The notes below the pieces were generated by a model that was not told where the DNA came from, did no database searches, and saw only the letters and a list, made by a program, of their open reading frames with translations. Shown here piece by piece: positions 1 to 10,532 of a stretch of DNA of 64,000 nt (its first letter is position 1; every line of letters starts with the position of its first letter). Origin of the DNA: Leucoraja erinacea (lineage: Eukaryota). The translations under genes and the position numbers were made by a program. The stretch covers positions 28,706,001 through 28,770,000 of the forward strand of contig NC_073387.1 of the NCBI RefSeq assembly GCF_028641065.1, in the 5' to 3' direction.

Positions 1-196
1 GGTCTATAATTGCTAGGTTTACTCTTAGACCCCTTTTTAAACAATGGAACAACATGCTCAGTACGCCAATCCTCCGGTATTATTCCCGTTTCTAATGACA
101 TTTGAAATATTTCTGTCATAGCCCCTGCTATTTCTACACTAACTTCCTTCAATGTACTAGGGAATATCCTGTCCGGACCTGGAGACTTATCCACTT

Positions 197-1480
197 TTAT
201 ATTTCCCTTACCTCACATAATTCAATATCCTTCTCCTTGGCGAATACCGAAGAAAAGAAATTGTTCAATATCTCCCCCATCTCTTTTGTCTCAGCAGATA
301 GCTGTCCACTCTGACTCTCTAATGGACCAATTTTATCCCTCGTTATCCTTTTGCTATCAATATAGCTGTAGAAACCCTTTGGATTTACTTTCACCTTACT
401 TGCCAAAGCAACCTCATATCTTCTTTTAGCTTTTCTAATTTATTCTTAAGATTCTTTTTACATTCTTTATACTCCTCAAGCACCTCATTTACTCGATGCT
501 GTCTATAATTATTGTAGATCTCTCTCTTTTTCCAAACCAAGTGTCCAATTTCCCTTGAAAACCATGGCTCTTTCCAATTTTTATTATTTCCTTTCAACCG
601 AACAGGGACATAAAGATTCTTTACTCTTAAAATTTCACCTTTAAATGTCCTCCATTTCTCTTCCACATCTTTCCCATAAAACAAACTGTCCCAATTTACT
701 CCTTTTAAATCCTTTCGCATCTCCTCAAAGTTAGCCTTTTTCCAATCAAAAATCTCAACCCTAGGTCCAGTTCTGACCCTCTCCATAATTATATTGAAAC
801 TAATGGTATTGTGATCACTGGTTCCGAACTGTTCCCCAACGCATACCTCTGCCACCTGACCCGTCTCATTTCCTAACAGGAGGTCCAGCACCGCCCCTTC
901 TCTAGTAGGTACTTCTATGTATTGCTGCAAAAAACTATCCTGCACACATTTTACAAACTCCAACCCATCCAGCCCATTTACAGAATGTGTTTCCCAGTCT
1001 ATGTGTGGAAAATTGAAATCTCCCACAATCACTACCTTGTGCTTACTACTAATATCTGCAATCTCCTTACATATTTGCTCTTCCAATTCTCTCTCCCCAT
1101 TTGGCGGTCTATAATACACCCCTATAAGTGTTGCTACCCCTTTCCCATTTCTCAGTTCCACCCAAATAGCCTCCCTAGACGAGCCCTCTAATCTATCCTG
1201 CCAAAGCACTGCTTTAATATCTTCCCTGATAAGCAATGCAACACCTCCACCTCTTGCCCCTCCAATTCTATCACACCTGAAGAAACGAAATCCTGGAATA
1301 TTTAGTTTCCAATCACAGCCCTCCTGCAACCATGTTTCACTGATCGCCACAACATCATACTTCCAGGTGTCAATCCAGGCTCTAAGTTCATCCACCTTTC
1401 TTACAATGCTCCTAGCATTAAAATATACACATTTAAGAAACCCACCCTCTCTTATTCTCTGTTTATTTACTTTTTCTTCT
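197..1480 (-). CDS. CR1 ORF2 N-terminal half (APE endonuclease plus linker), frameshifted near 440
   Basis: YFNARSI, ISETW, GGGVAL, GVYYRPP, VGDFNFP, LDLLL, SDHN; continues in ORF 197..406 (NPKGFYSYI, LNNFFSSVF). Confidence 0.9.
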
Positions 1481-1580
1481 CTCTCCCCTACATTTTGGGT
1501 CAGAGTGTTACCATTCTCTGCCTCCTGCCTCACACACTGACTGCTAGCTTTCCCAATTTGAGTCCCTCCCCCCAACCATA

Positions 1581-2240
1581 CTAGTTTAAAGTCTCCCCAG
1601 TAGCCTTTGCAAATCTCCCCGCCAGGATATTGGTCCCCCTCGAGTTCAAGTGCAACCCGTCCTTTCTGTACAGGTCGCACCTTCCCCAAAAGAGGTCCCA
1701 ATGATCCAGAAACTTGAATCCATACCCACTGCACCAGTCCCTCATCCACTCATTTATCCTCCACCTCGCTCCATTCCTACTCTCACTGTCGCGTGGCACA
1801 GGTAGTAATCCTGAGATTCTTACCTTTGCAGTCCTTCTCCTTAACTCTCTACCTAACTCCCTAAATTCTTCTTTCAGGACCTCTTCTCTTTTTTTACCTA
1901 TGTCGTTGGTACCTATATGTACCACAAACTCAGGCTCCTCTCCCTCCCATTTCAGGATTTCTTGGACACGTTCAGACACATCCCTGCCCCTGGCACCAGG
2001 GAGGCAAACTACCATCCGAGTCTCCTGTCTGCGTCCACAGAATCGCCTATCCGACCCCCTGACTATAGAGTCCCCTATTACAATTGCCCTCCCCTTCTTT
2101 TCCTTACCCTTCTGAGCAACAGGACTGGTCTTTGTGCCAGAGGCCCAGCTGCTGTCGCTGCCCCCAGGTAGGCTGTCTCCCCCACCCTTACTCAAACATG
2201 AGTACTTATTTTCAAGGTGTACAGCCACCGGGGTACTCAC
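1581..2240 (-). CDS. CR1 ORF1, SGNH/GDSL esterase-like domain
   Basis: Motifs IGDSIVRG, CLPGA, VHIGTND and DGLHLN in an uninterrupted 219-aa ORF. Confidence 0.9.
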   Translation of the reverse strand: MSTPVAVHLENKYSCLSKGGGDSLPGGSDSSWASGTKTSPVAQKGKEKKGRAIVIGDSIVRGSDRRFCGRRQETRMVVCLPGARGRDVSERVQEILKWEGEEPEFVVHIGTNDIGKKREEVLKEEFRELGRELRRRTAKVRISGLLPVPRDSESRNGARWRINEWMRDWCSGYGFKFLDHWDLFWGRCDLYRKDGLHLNSRGTNILAGRFAKATGETLN

Positions 2241-2285
2241 CAGTCCCTGCCTCTGCCCATTGCCCTTCCTAACTGTGACCCAGTT

Positions 2286-2348
2286 TATTCAGATTCAGAT
2301 TCAGATTCAACTTTAATTGTCATTGTCAGTGTACAGTACAGAGACAAC
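2286..2348 (-). mobile_element. Short 3' end of a Rex1/L2-like non-LTR element with (GAATCT)n tail
   Basis: (attcag)n followed by actttaattgtcattgtcagtgtacagtacagag. Confidence 0.5.
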
Positions 2349-2431
2349 TCTGTTATGCGTCTTCAGTAGGCTGCACCTGAGCTTTCAACACCTGAAGGCT
2401 GTGTGGATATAAAGGAAAATTTGACATAGCA

Positions 2432-2930
2432 AGGATCAAGGAGGTGCTCTACAATTTAAAGCTTGAAAAACTTAGGTTTTCTCTCAAAGGCTCTACCAAG
2501 ACATTCCTAGACACATGGAACCCTTTCCTGGAACTTGTTAACTCTCTTAACTTGTCCCCGAATTCGGAAGAGGACTGAGTGCTTTCCATCACTGTCCTGC
2601 TTTACTGCAGCTGCTTCCCCCATTAGCCCCCCCCACACACTTATTTATTTAATTACCTACTTATTTACTGTTATTAGTTACTTTTTTTTCTTTTTTTTCC
2701 CAGTACATTTTGTTTTGTTTATCTCTATGTATTTGTGTGGATGTGTACGTATGTGAGTTTTGTTTGACCCTGTTTGGTTCCGACCTGATTCGGGTGGGTT
2801 GAAGGTGGGTAAGGGTAAGGGCTTTGAGGGCCGCTTACATACTGTTGCACAATTATGCCTTGAGTGTCACTGTCTGTTATCATTGTATGTATGCAAATTG
2901 ATGTGAAATTCAAATAAAAAGATTTCAAAA
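2432..2930 (+). mobile_element. L1-clade LINE 3' end (ORF2 C-terminus plus 3' UTR)
   Basis: 2432-2578 translates RIKEVLYNLKLEKLRFSLKGSTKTFLDTWNPFLELVNS...*, resembling fish L1 C-termini; T-rich UTR and AATAAA near 2913. Confidence 0.7.
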
Positions 2931-2964
2931 TAACAATGTATGTGCCAGAGAAAGATGGGGGAGT

Positions 2965-3078
2965 CAGAGAGAGAAGAAGAAAGAGAGGGGTTGGAGAGAG
3001 AGAGAGTGAGTGAGTGAGTGAGTGAGTGAGTGAGTGAGTGAGTGAGTGAGTGAGTGAGTGAGAGAGGGAGAGAGAGAT
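2965..3078. repeat. (GA)n/(GAGT)n microsatellite
   Basis: Directly visible. Confidence 0.95.
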
Positions 3079-5034
3079 TTCCATTAGCAGGTAGTTTGAT
3101 TGAAGTAATAATAAATTAATTGCAGATTACATAGAAGTGAAAATGACATGTATCTCAAAACTCTATTGACTTTGCCAGAATAATTGCTGGGCTGAAGGTA
3201 GACATTTAAAGTGCTATTAAGACAAAATACCACTGAAACAGATAAGAAAACAATTTAATTAATTTACAATTTAAAAAAAAACACAGCAGAATGGTCTACA
3301 GCCAAATTACAGAGATAAAATTTTCAGAGTGACTTCTACATGTCAACTCTTTAGTCCAGTTCATCAGGAATAGGGTACAATGTGAAGCAATTTCAAAGCC
3401 ATAACATGTGGCACTGATCCTTCAGAAAAATGTGCTTCATCAAAAGAAACTGACATCTTGGTAAAAATTCAGCAGTGACTGTGAAATATATATTCTCAAA
3501 AAAATTCCCATTTGTCAAGGCGATGATTTGGCAACCTATTGGCCTTTGAAGACATGAAAATGATAGAGTGGGTGAAAGTGTTGAGAGAAGCGCTAGAAAC
3601 ATTTTAAGAAGACAAAAAACCATTTTACTTGCCAAACTACACATCTTAAACATTACGTGTCATTGCTCTTATAACATGTTTTTAAAAACGTAGTGCAAAC
3701 TAGACAGATTAATAAAACTCAACATCAAAAGGGTGTGAATTTTCCTTTGGCCTACAGCTCTGGTAGCTACTTGTAGCCAAATGCATTAGTCAGTATAGCT
3801 TAATGTGCAAAGATGAGTACAATTGGAAGACAATATAGTCATGTTTAGTGCTTATGACCAATGAAATGTGTGAGCATTGACCTTTATTCAAATTACACTC
3901 CTCTTATAAAGAGTTTGTTAAACAACGACAAGGTGAGGAAATTGTATACAGAGCTCAAGAAAGGGGATATAAGAATGCAGAGGCAAGACATGTTAAAGAA
4001 GGTGAAGGTTTATATAGTTAGTTGAAAACATAGTCCTTAAAATGTACTGTTGCCAGTGGTTATGTACAGTAGCAAACCTATAACAATATCCTTATAGCAG
4101 GTCTGATCTTTTCTCACTTCCATTCCTCAGCACTGGAGCATGGAAATCAGACTGGATGCCAGTGCATCTAACCTTCTGCTCCACCATTAGACTTAGCATT
4201 GGACGATGCACTTTGATCTAATCTTGCAGTATTACACCAACATGGCCTTCATGGTAAAGGTAATTGCAAGTAAATTATTTATCAATTTGACCAAACATTA
4301 ATGGTTTAATATAATTTTTAGCTCTTAAAGTTGTTTTTAAGTAAATTTGTTTTATATTTTTCAATAACTGTTTTTTTCTTTTTTCAAATATTCCAATCAT
4401 TATAGTTCCTTCAGATTCAGAAGCCAACTACAAATGCCATCAGTATTTCCAAAATGATATGAGACCTAACTGCTGCTGGCAGTCCACTCCACCTTACCAC
4501 ATGTTAATGCAATATGAACTACAAGAGGGTTGAATTCGCAGGTCACTATAAGTAGGTACAGGAAGTTGAGTGATAAAGTAACAGTTCCGGAAGTTGGGTG
4601 GATTGAACACAATCTGACTCTGTAGTTTTGTGGATGGTACTGATATTAATCTAAAGGAGTTATCACTAGATTAATATTTATTGCACTATCACTAAAATTC
4701 ATTTTTTCTCTTCATTGCATTCCCCTTGGTGAGAGTGTTGACATTAAAAATTAAATATTTTTGAATTAAAAATTTATGGATGACTGTTGAAGATGGAAGA
4801 TTGATTTCTAACAAGTAGATTGTTTAAGAATAATCAAAATACTGAGGGTAAGTGAAGATATCACTGGTAAGGCTGACATTTATTCATGGAGTCATCACAG
4901 AAGCAACCTCTTTGGACCACTAAGTCTATGCCAAGCATATCAAACATGCAGTTACACTAATCAGTTATTTGTATATTTGTCCTGTGTTATTCTCTTCATA
5001 TTCCTATTGATTGTGAGCCCAGTATTCTGACTGT

Positions 5035-5735
5035 GCATGGTCGGGGTTCGGGACGGGGTCGGGGTTCGGGACGGGGTCGAGCCCGCCCCCGGCTCTCCGT
5101 AGCTGCAGGTGCTCTTGAGCTGCTGTTGGGCCGTCCCCGTCCCCTTGCCGGATTCCCGGCCCTGTCCGGAGGTGTCCGGGGTGGCCCTGGGCTGGCGGGA
5201 CGACCCCGGACCTGCAGCCATTGATCCAGCTCGGCTCTGCCTGTCCTGCCGGGTTGGCCGGCAGCCCTTCACCTCCACCCCTCTCCCCTCAGTCCGACAC
5301 CGAGATCCTGCTGAAGATGGGCAGCTGCCGGTGGGTGAAGTGGCATCGGGTACCGTAGGGTCAGATGCCGATGGTGTGCAAGGTACGTCTTGTATTTGGG
5401 GTGGCGGATGAGGGGGCACAGCTCGGGCTGTGGGCGAACTGCCACTTGTCGCCATAGCGGCCCATCGGGAAGCGGGTTCCTCTGGAATTGGAGCGGGATT
5501 GGGCTGGAGTTGGTGCTGGCTGTGGGTTTCTGGGTTCTCCGTGCTTGCAGTGGGCCTGGTGGGCCTGGTGGGCCTGGTGGGCCTGGGGGTTGGTGTCCTG
5601 TCAGTCCTGACATCTCCGGCCACCCCCCTGGGTGGGGATGGGACTCTCGAGTGGGGGGTGGAGAGGAACCGGGGGCGGTCCAGTGGCGGTTCAGCAGCGT
5701 TTGCTCTTTGTTATCACCCGATTTTTCCAGAGAGA
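5035..5735 (-). repeat. GC-rich dispersed repeat module homologous to 18.0-18.96 kb
   Basis: Shares long near-identical blocks (e.g. gcagctcgggctgtgggcgaactgccacttgtcgcc) with the interior of the 17636-19317 element. Confidence 0.85.
5289..5465 (-). pseudogene. ZFP36: Internally deleted ZFP36/TTP-family fragment (tandem CCCH finger remnants plus CNOT1-binding C-terminus)
   Basis: Across two frameshifts reads GRYGDKWQFAH / ELCPLIRHPKYKT / RTLHTIGI*PYGTRCHFTH-RQLPIFSRISVSD*; symbol denotes the family, paralog not resolved. Confidence 0.85.
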
Positions 5736-5736
5736 G

Positions 5737-5835
5737 TTAGATTTAGCTCTTAGGGCTAAAGGAATCAAGGGAAATGCGGAAAAAGCAGGAACGGGGTACT
5801 GATTTTGATGATCAGCCATGTTTCTATGTTTCTAA
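5737..5835 (+). mobile_element. CR1 3' end fragment
   Basis: ggaatcaaggg...gatgatcagccatg followed by a (tttctatg) tail. Confidence 0.7.
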
Positions 5836-7157
5836 GTCCCTTGTTAAAAAACAATGTTGATATATGAATGACATGAGTGGGAAAAGTCACAGCAAAAGGA
5901 AAGGTTATCTTAGATGTGGATGGTTCACATTTTGTAGGGAATTAAAATGAGCAAACCAACTAAGAGTGAAACAGCAGATAAGTTTCACAACAGTTTTTTC
6001 CTCTCCAGCTATTATTGTCATTTGAGATAGGTTGAATTGAGATAGGTTGATAATACATGAATGAACTCCAAGTCACCCTACTTCCCACAATTCTTTCAGA
6101 AAGTGCAGAATTTGTGTCAAGACAAAAAAGGTTGTAGATCGCTTACATTTTTTCATTAATGCAAAAATAATTGTAATCTCACAATAACATTTTTGTAAAG
6201 GGCACTTTGGTATTTATCAAATTCAGATATATCCAAAACAGAATTATTTTACACTTCAGATATGAAATGTCATACAGAACCAATTGCCTGTGTTACCAAA
6301 GTTTGATTTTAATTAAAACAAAATACGCATATATGTCAGGCTCACACATTACTCATGACAGGATAGACATTACTATTTTTTAATAACAGGAACATTTTAC
6401 GATGAAATGCAGAAAATAGTCAAGTAATTTGACTGCAGGTAAATCTAACTAGAAACAATGCTGTGAGAGAAGAACAGTTAAGCAACAATTAGGGAATAAG
6501 ATGCAAATTCGGTATATATTCCTGGGCAATTATCTCTTTCATTTTGCTCAAGTCCATTCAATATTATAAAGGTTACTATTTGAAGGGCACAGAACAGTCA
6601 GAAGAGCAAAAAGTAAACTGCAATAATTATTCTTGGCTTTGGTAGAAAGGATGGGTTGCTTAAGACGTATGGCCTCACTAACCTTGTCAGTAATTATGGG
6701 GTATCAATCTAAATGGTCACCAGCAGGAGTCTGAAGATTACTTCCAATTTTATCCACACACTTTGCAATAGATTGAATTACTGCTTACATTCTTCATAGT
6801 ATAACATCTGCTGGAACACTGATGATGACAGAAATTCCAAATCAAATGATTACAATCACGGTTTTTATTCCAGCTAGGATACACACTCTGGCCGTATGGA
6901 ACTTCCAGTGATGATGAAAGAACAGGAATATGCATCCAAATTGCAATTACGTTTGACTTGGTGGGCTAGTTGCCGATGATGCTCTTCTCGTGTTCCTGCT
7001 CTTCTTGGTGGCAAAGATTGAACATTTTGGAAGTACTGATGAAGGTGCAAAGATGAGTAAGTGCAGTACAATTGGTGTGCCTGTGGTGAAGGGTATCAGT
7101 ATTATGTTGAAGGATGTGTCCTATTTGTTGACTGGCTGGCTGATGTGGGTTTCTTTA

Positions 7158-7254
7158 GGTACACAAAAAAGCTGGAGAAACTCAGCGGGTGCAGCAGCAT
7201 CTATGGAGCGAAAGAAAAAGGCAACGTTTCGGGCCGAAACCCTTCTTCAGACTG
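7158..7254 (-). mobile_element. Penelope-like terminal repeat fragment
   Basis: Minus strand ctgaagaagggtttcggcccgaaacgttgcc...gatgctgctgcacccgctgagtttctccagc; the same motif recurs at many sites in the window. Confidence 0.75.
7223..7250 (-). ncRNA. Minimal hammerhead ribozyme core (Penelope-associated)
   Basis: CUGAAGA-A-GGG(UUUCGG)CCC-GAAA-CGUU; palindromic helix III. Confidence 0.55.
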
Positions 7255-7487
7255 GTTTTCTTTAGCATTGTTGGAGCAGCACACATCCAGGCAAGGGTAG
7301 ATTTATTCCGGTGTAGTTTTAACTTATGTCCTGTGGATAATGAAATGACTTCCAGGAACCACATGATAAAAGACCCACAGCAACATATCCAACTTCTTAC
7401 TTGGTCTTGTAGCCAAAGTATTTCTGTGACCAACCACATTTTCTGTTTGGTCAATGATAACCACTAGAATGTTGATGATATGGTCTC

Positions 7488-7501
7488 TATAATAATAACA
7501 A

Positions 7502-7580
<79 letters not shown>
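7488..7580. repeat. (AAT)n microsatellite
   Basis: Directly visible. Confidence 0.95.
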
Positions 7581-7581
<1 letters not shown>

Positions 7582-7684
7582 TTACTATTAGACCATGCCT
7601 AAAGGTTTTATAGGTTTTGCTGCATACAAGTAAGGACTGCTTCACTTTCATGGGTTCTGAATGGAATTGAGAATGGTATATTTC

Positions 7685-8216
7685 TTGTGTGGAGTTTCCC
7701 TGTGACCGCGTGGGTTTCCTCCGGCCTCCGGGTCCTCCAGTTTCTTCCCACATCCCAAAGACGTGCGGGTTTGTAGATTAATCGGCCTCTGTGAAAACCC
7801 CCCCGATTGTGTAGAGAGTGGATGCGAAAGTGGGATAACATAGTACTAACTCAAACGGTTGTCAGAAGGAACTGCAGATGTTGGTTTACACTGAAGATTA
7901 ACACAAAATGCTGAAGTAACTCAGCAGGTCAGACAGCATCTCTGGAGAAAAGGAATAGGTGACGTTTTGGACGGAGACCCTTCTTCAGACTGAAAGTCAG
8001 GGGAGAGGGAAACTAGAGGTACGTCTAGTTTTTCTCTCCCCTGACTCAATCTGAAGAAGGATCTCAACCCAAAATGTTACCTAATCCTTTTCTCCAGAGA
8101 TGCTGCCTGACCTATTGAGTTCCTCCAGCATTTTGTGTCTATCTTTAGTGTGAACTGGTGATCGATGGTAAGCATGGAGTGGTGGGCTGAAGGGTCTGTT
8201 TCCATGCTGTATCTCA
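7685..8216 (+). mobile_element. V-SINE/HE1-like SINE with CR1-derived tail, interrupted by an inverted pair of Penelope termini (7866-8145)
   Basis: tgtggagttt...cgtgggtttcctccgg...cccacatcccaaagacgtgcggg core and gggtctgtttccatgctgtatctc tail. Confidence 0.75.
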
Positions 8217-9261
8217 AAAAAGAACAACGGTTCACCTGCTAGCTAACTATACATCTAATTGTAGGTTTAACCTTCAATTTGAGTAAGAACCAGTCTTTAA
8301 ATTACTTCTAATGAATGTATTGATATTTGCAAGCAGTGAGTACTGACATTACAAATTACAGCTGTGTAAACAGGGAATGTTGTCAATTATAACATTAAAT
8401 GAAAATCAAAAAAAAAAAATGAATGCTGAAAAACTGAAATCAAAGTAGAAAGTGCAGGAAACGCTCAACAGGTTAGGAAACGTTTGTAAAGTGCAAGAGA
8501 TTTGATCATTTCAGAGTTGAAAACCCTTCATCAGGATTCTTTTATAATAGCACTGAAATGTTACACAGCAGACAGTCACTCACTACCATAAGAAAAATCA
8601 ATTTTGGTGAAATTGGGTTTAGTGCTTTCAAACATTTCTGAAAATCATGTGTAATGGATTAAATCGGCTGAAAACTGGCTTCTGTAATGATTTGCATCTG
8701 AGCCTGATTTCAAATGCTCTAGCCTTTCCTTTAATATTCATATCTTAGGCTCCACCATCAATGAGGTAGCTGATGCTGTGAGATCTGTGGCAGCAGATCT
8801 TTGAGCTAATTCATGTTTTGCCCTGTCCGTTGCACGCTGCTCTTGCTGATGAACACTCCTGTGCAATCATCTCATGGTGTTGCAGCTTCATCCAGGTTAT
8901 CTCCTTCTGCAACTCTGATGGATCCAAAGTTGATCTCCTGGCTTGATTTTAATGGTACAGTAAGGAATATGTTGGATCAGTGGGTTTTAGATTGTGGAAA
9001 AGTACATTTCTGCTGCTAATGCATTTCCACAATGTCTCATAAATGCTGAGCGTTGAGATCTGTACCAAGTCTATTTCATGTAGCAGTATGAGAATGCCAT
9101 ACAATGTGATGGATGGTGTCCCCAATGTAAAATGTGACTTCATCTCCGTAATGACCAATGCTATCAGATTGACTGGTAACAATGAGTTTATCCTTTATGT
9201 TGGATTCCTTAGGGCCAGTCCTTCAGTTCCTAGCCAACTTAACCAACATTAGTGTTCCTAA

Positions 9262-9487
9262 TGCCCCTGTCCCACTGAGGAAACCTGAACGGAAACCTCT
9301 GGAGACTTTGCGTCCCACCCAAGGTTTCCATGTGGTTCCCGGAGGTTTTTTTCTGTCTCCCTACCTGCTTCCACTACCTGCAACCTCCGGCAACCACCTG
9401 CAACCTCTGGGAACCACACGGAAACCTTGGGTGGGGCGCAAAGTCTCCAGAGGTTTCCGCTCAGATTTCCTAATTGAGCCAGGGGCA
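9262..9487. mobile_element. PIF/Harbinger-like MITE
   Basis: Almost wholly palindromic; termini TGCCCCTG...CAGGGGCA; TAA TSD at 9259-9261 and 9488-9490. Confidence 0.85.
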
Positions 9488-9492
9488 TAAGG

Positions 9493-10532
9493 TAGGTATG
9501 TTACAATACTTACCTTCAGCGGTGTTGCAATTCTGCCACTGGCTGTGCGCACAATTTTGGCGCGTTTGAGGGGGGGCGGGGTTAAAACGCATTTTTTTCC
9601 GACCTGGTCCTGGATTATATTTGTTGGAGTGCAAGATGTTGCTAAAGAATCGATCCAACGGCCGTTCTGTGTGTTTTTGCCCGACAAGTTAATCGCTGGA
9701 GTGATTTTAAAATCAGCTTCTGAAGCCGTCAATGCCGACAACGGGGCCGGATTTTATGTAGGGGACAAGTAAAAGAAAGTGGTTTATTTTTACGTGTAAA
9801 AGTGTTTCTTAAGATGATTTTAATTCACATTTTAATTTGTGAAACGGTGAATTTTTTCCCCCCGAAGAACCGGCAGCGTATTTGCTGCCGATATAGGGAC
9901 TAAAATCATCGCAACCTCAACATTCCAAATGGTCGCATTCCAGAAAATTCGACAGGCAAGTTGATTTAAATGGCCATTAATTTACAGGTATTAAACATTA
10001 AATTCCTTCCATTTGGCCTATAAACCCATGACAATGAGATTTAAAAATTATGTTATACCTGTATTCTGAATTCTTGTGTGAATGTTATTTGGACACTTAA
10101 GCTATTTAAAAATGTTAATCTATTCTTAAGAAATGGATAGATGTTTAGATCTAGTAATTGAATTTTGTAATTAGCTACACTTAGGTAACTAACTGATTGT
10201 ATGCTTTAATTTCAAGTAATGTAAGTAAGATTGTTTCATATTTGTTTCAGAATGCCTCAATCTATAATAACTGAAAATCTATTCCAGTTCTCTTAAATTT
10301 TAAGAAAGTTATGGCCTTTTAAATGTTCTCGATCACAGCTTTTGTGTTAAGTCAATGAAAAAGCAATAGGGAACAAGATGTCAATTTCCGAGTATGAAAA
10401 TGGCCATAACTTTTTTAATACTGAAGATATGAAAGTGAATTAGGTGTCAAATTAAACTTCTTTTTATGCTTTATCTGATGGGATAAATTAAAGACTTGAT
10501 TTTTTAAATCTCAAAACGTTGTAACATTGCTA
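9493..10532. mobile_element. Non-autonomous DNA transposon, superfamily uncertain (hAT-like TAG...CTA ends)
   Basis: TIR TAGGTATGTTACAA / TTGTAACATTGCTA; flanking CATAAGG direct repeat; related copy at ~43700-44750. Confidence 0.75.

Larger units (their letters stand above)
1..2285 (-). mobile_element. Young CR1-clade LINE; 5' part of ORF1 truncated, element continues beyond the window start
   Basis: ORF1 esterase, followed by TTTAAACTAG at the ORF1 end and an APE-endonuclease ORF2 with CR1-type motifs. Confidence 0.95.

Noticed and set aside
4961-5753. Long GC-rich ORFs (220 aa and others) as a functional gene
   Set aside because: Low-complexity frames of a repeat; the ZFP36 similarity is split over three frames with a stop and lost Cys ligands
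7487-7753. Poly-Leu ORF resembling a membrane peptide
   Set aside because: Translation of the (AAT)n microsatellite and adjacent SINE
8740-9250. Possible old LINE fragments here and at ~10540-10960, ~11960-12240 and ~30570-30980
   Set aside because: Too decayed to assign a family or boundaries by eye
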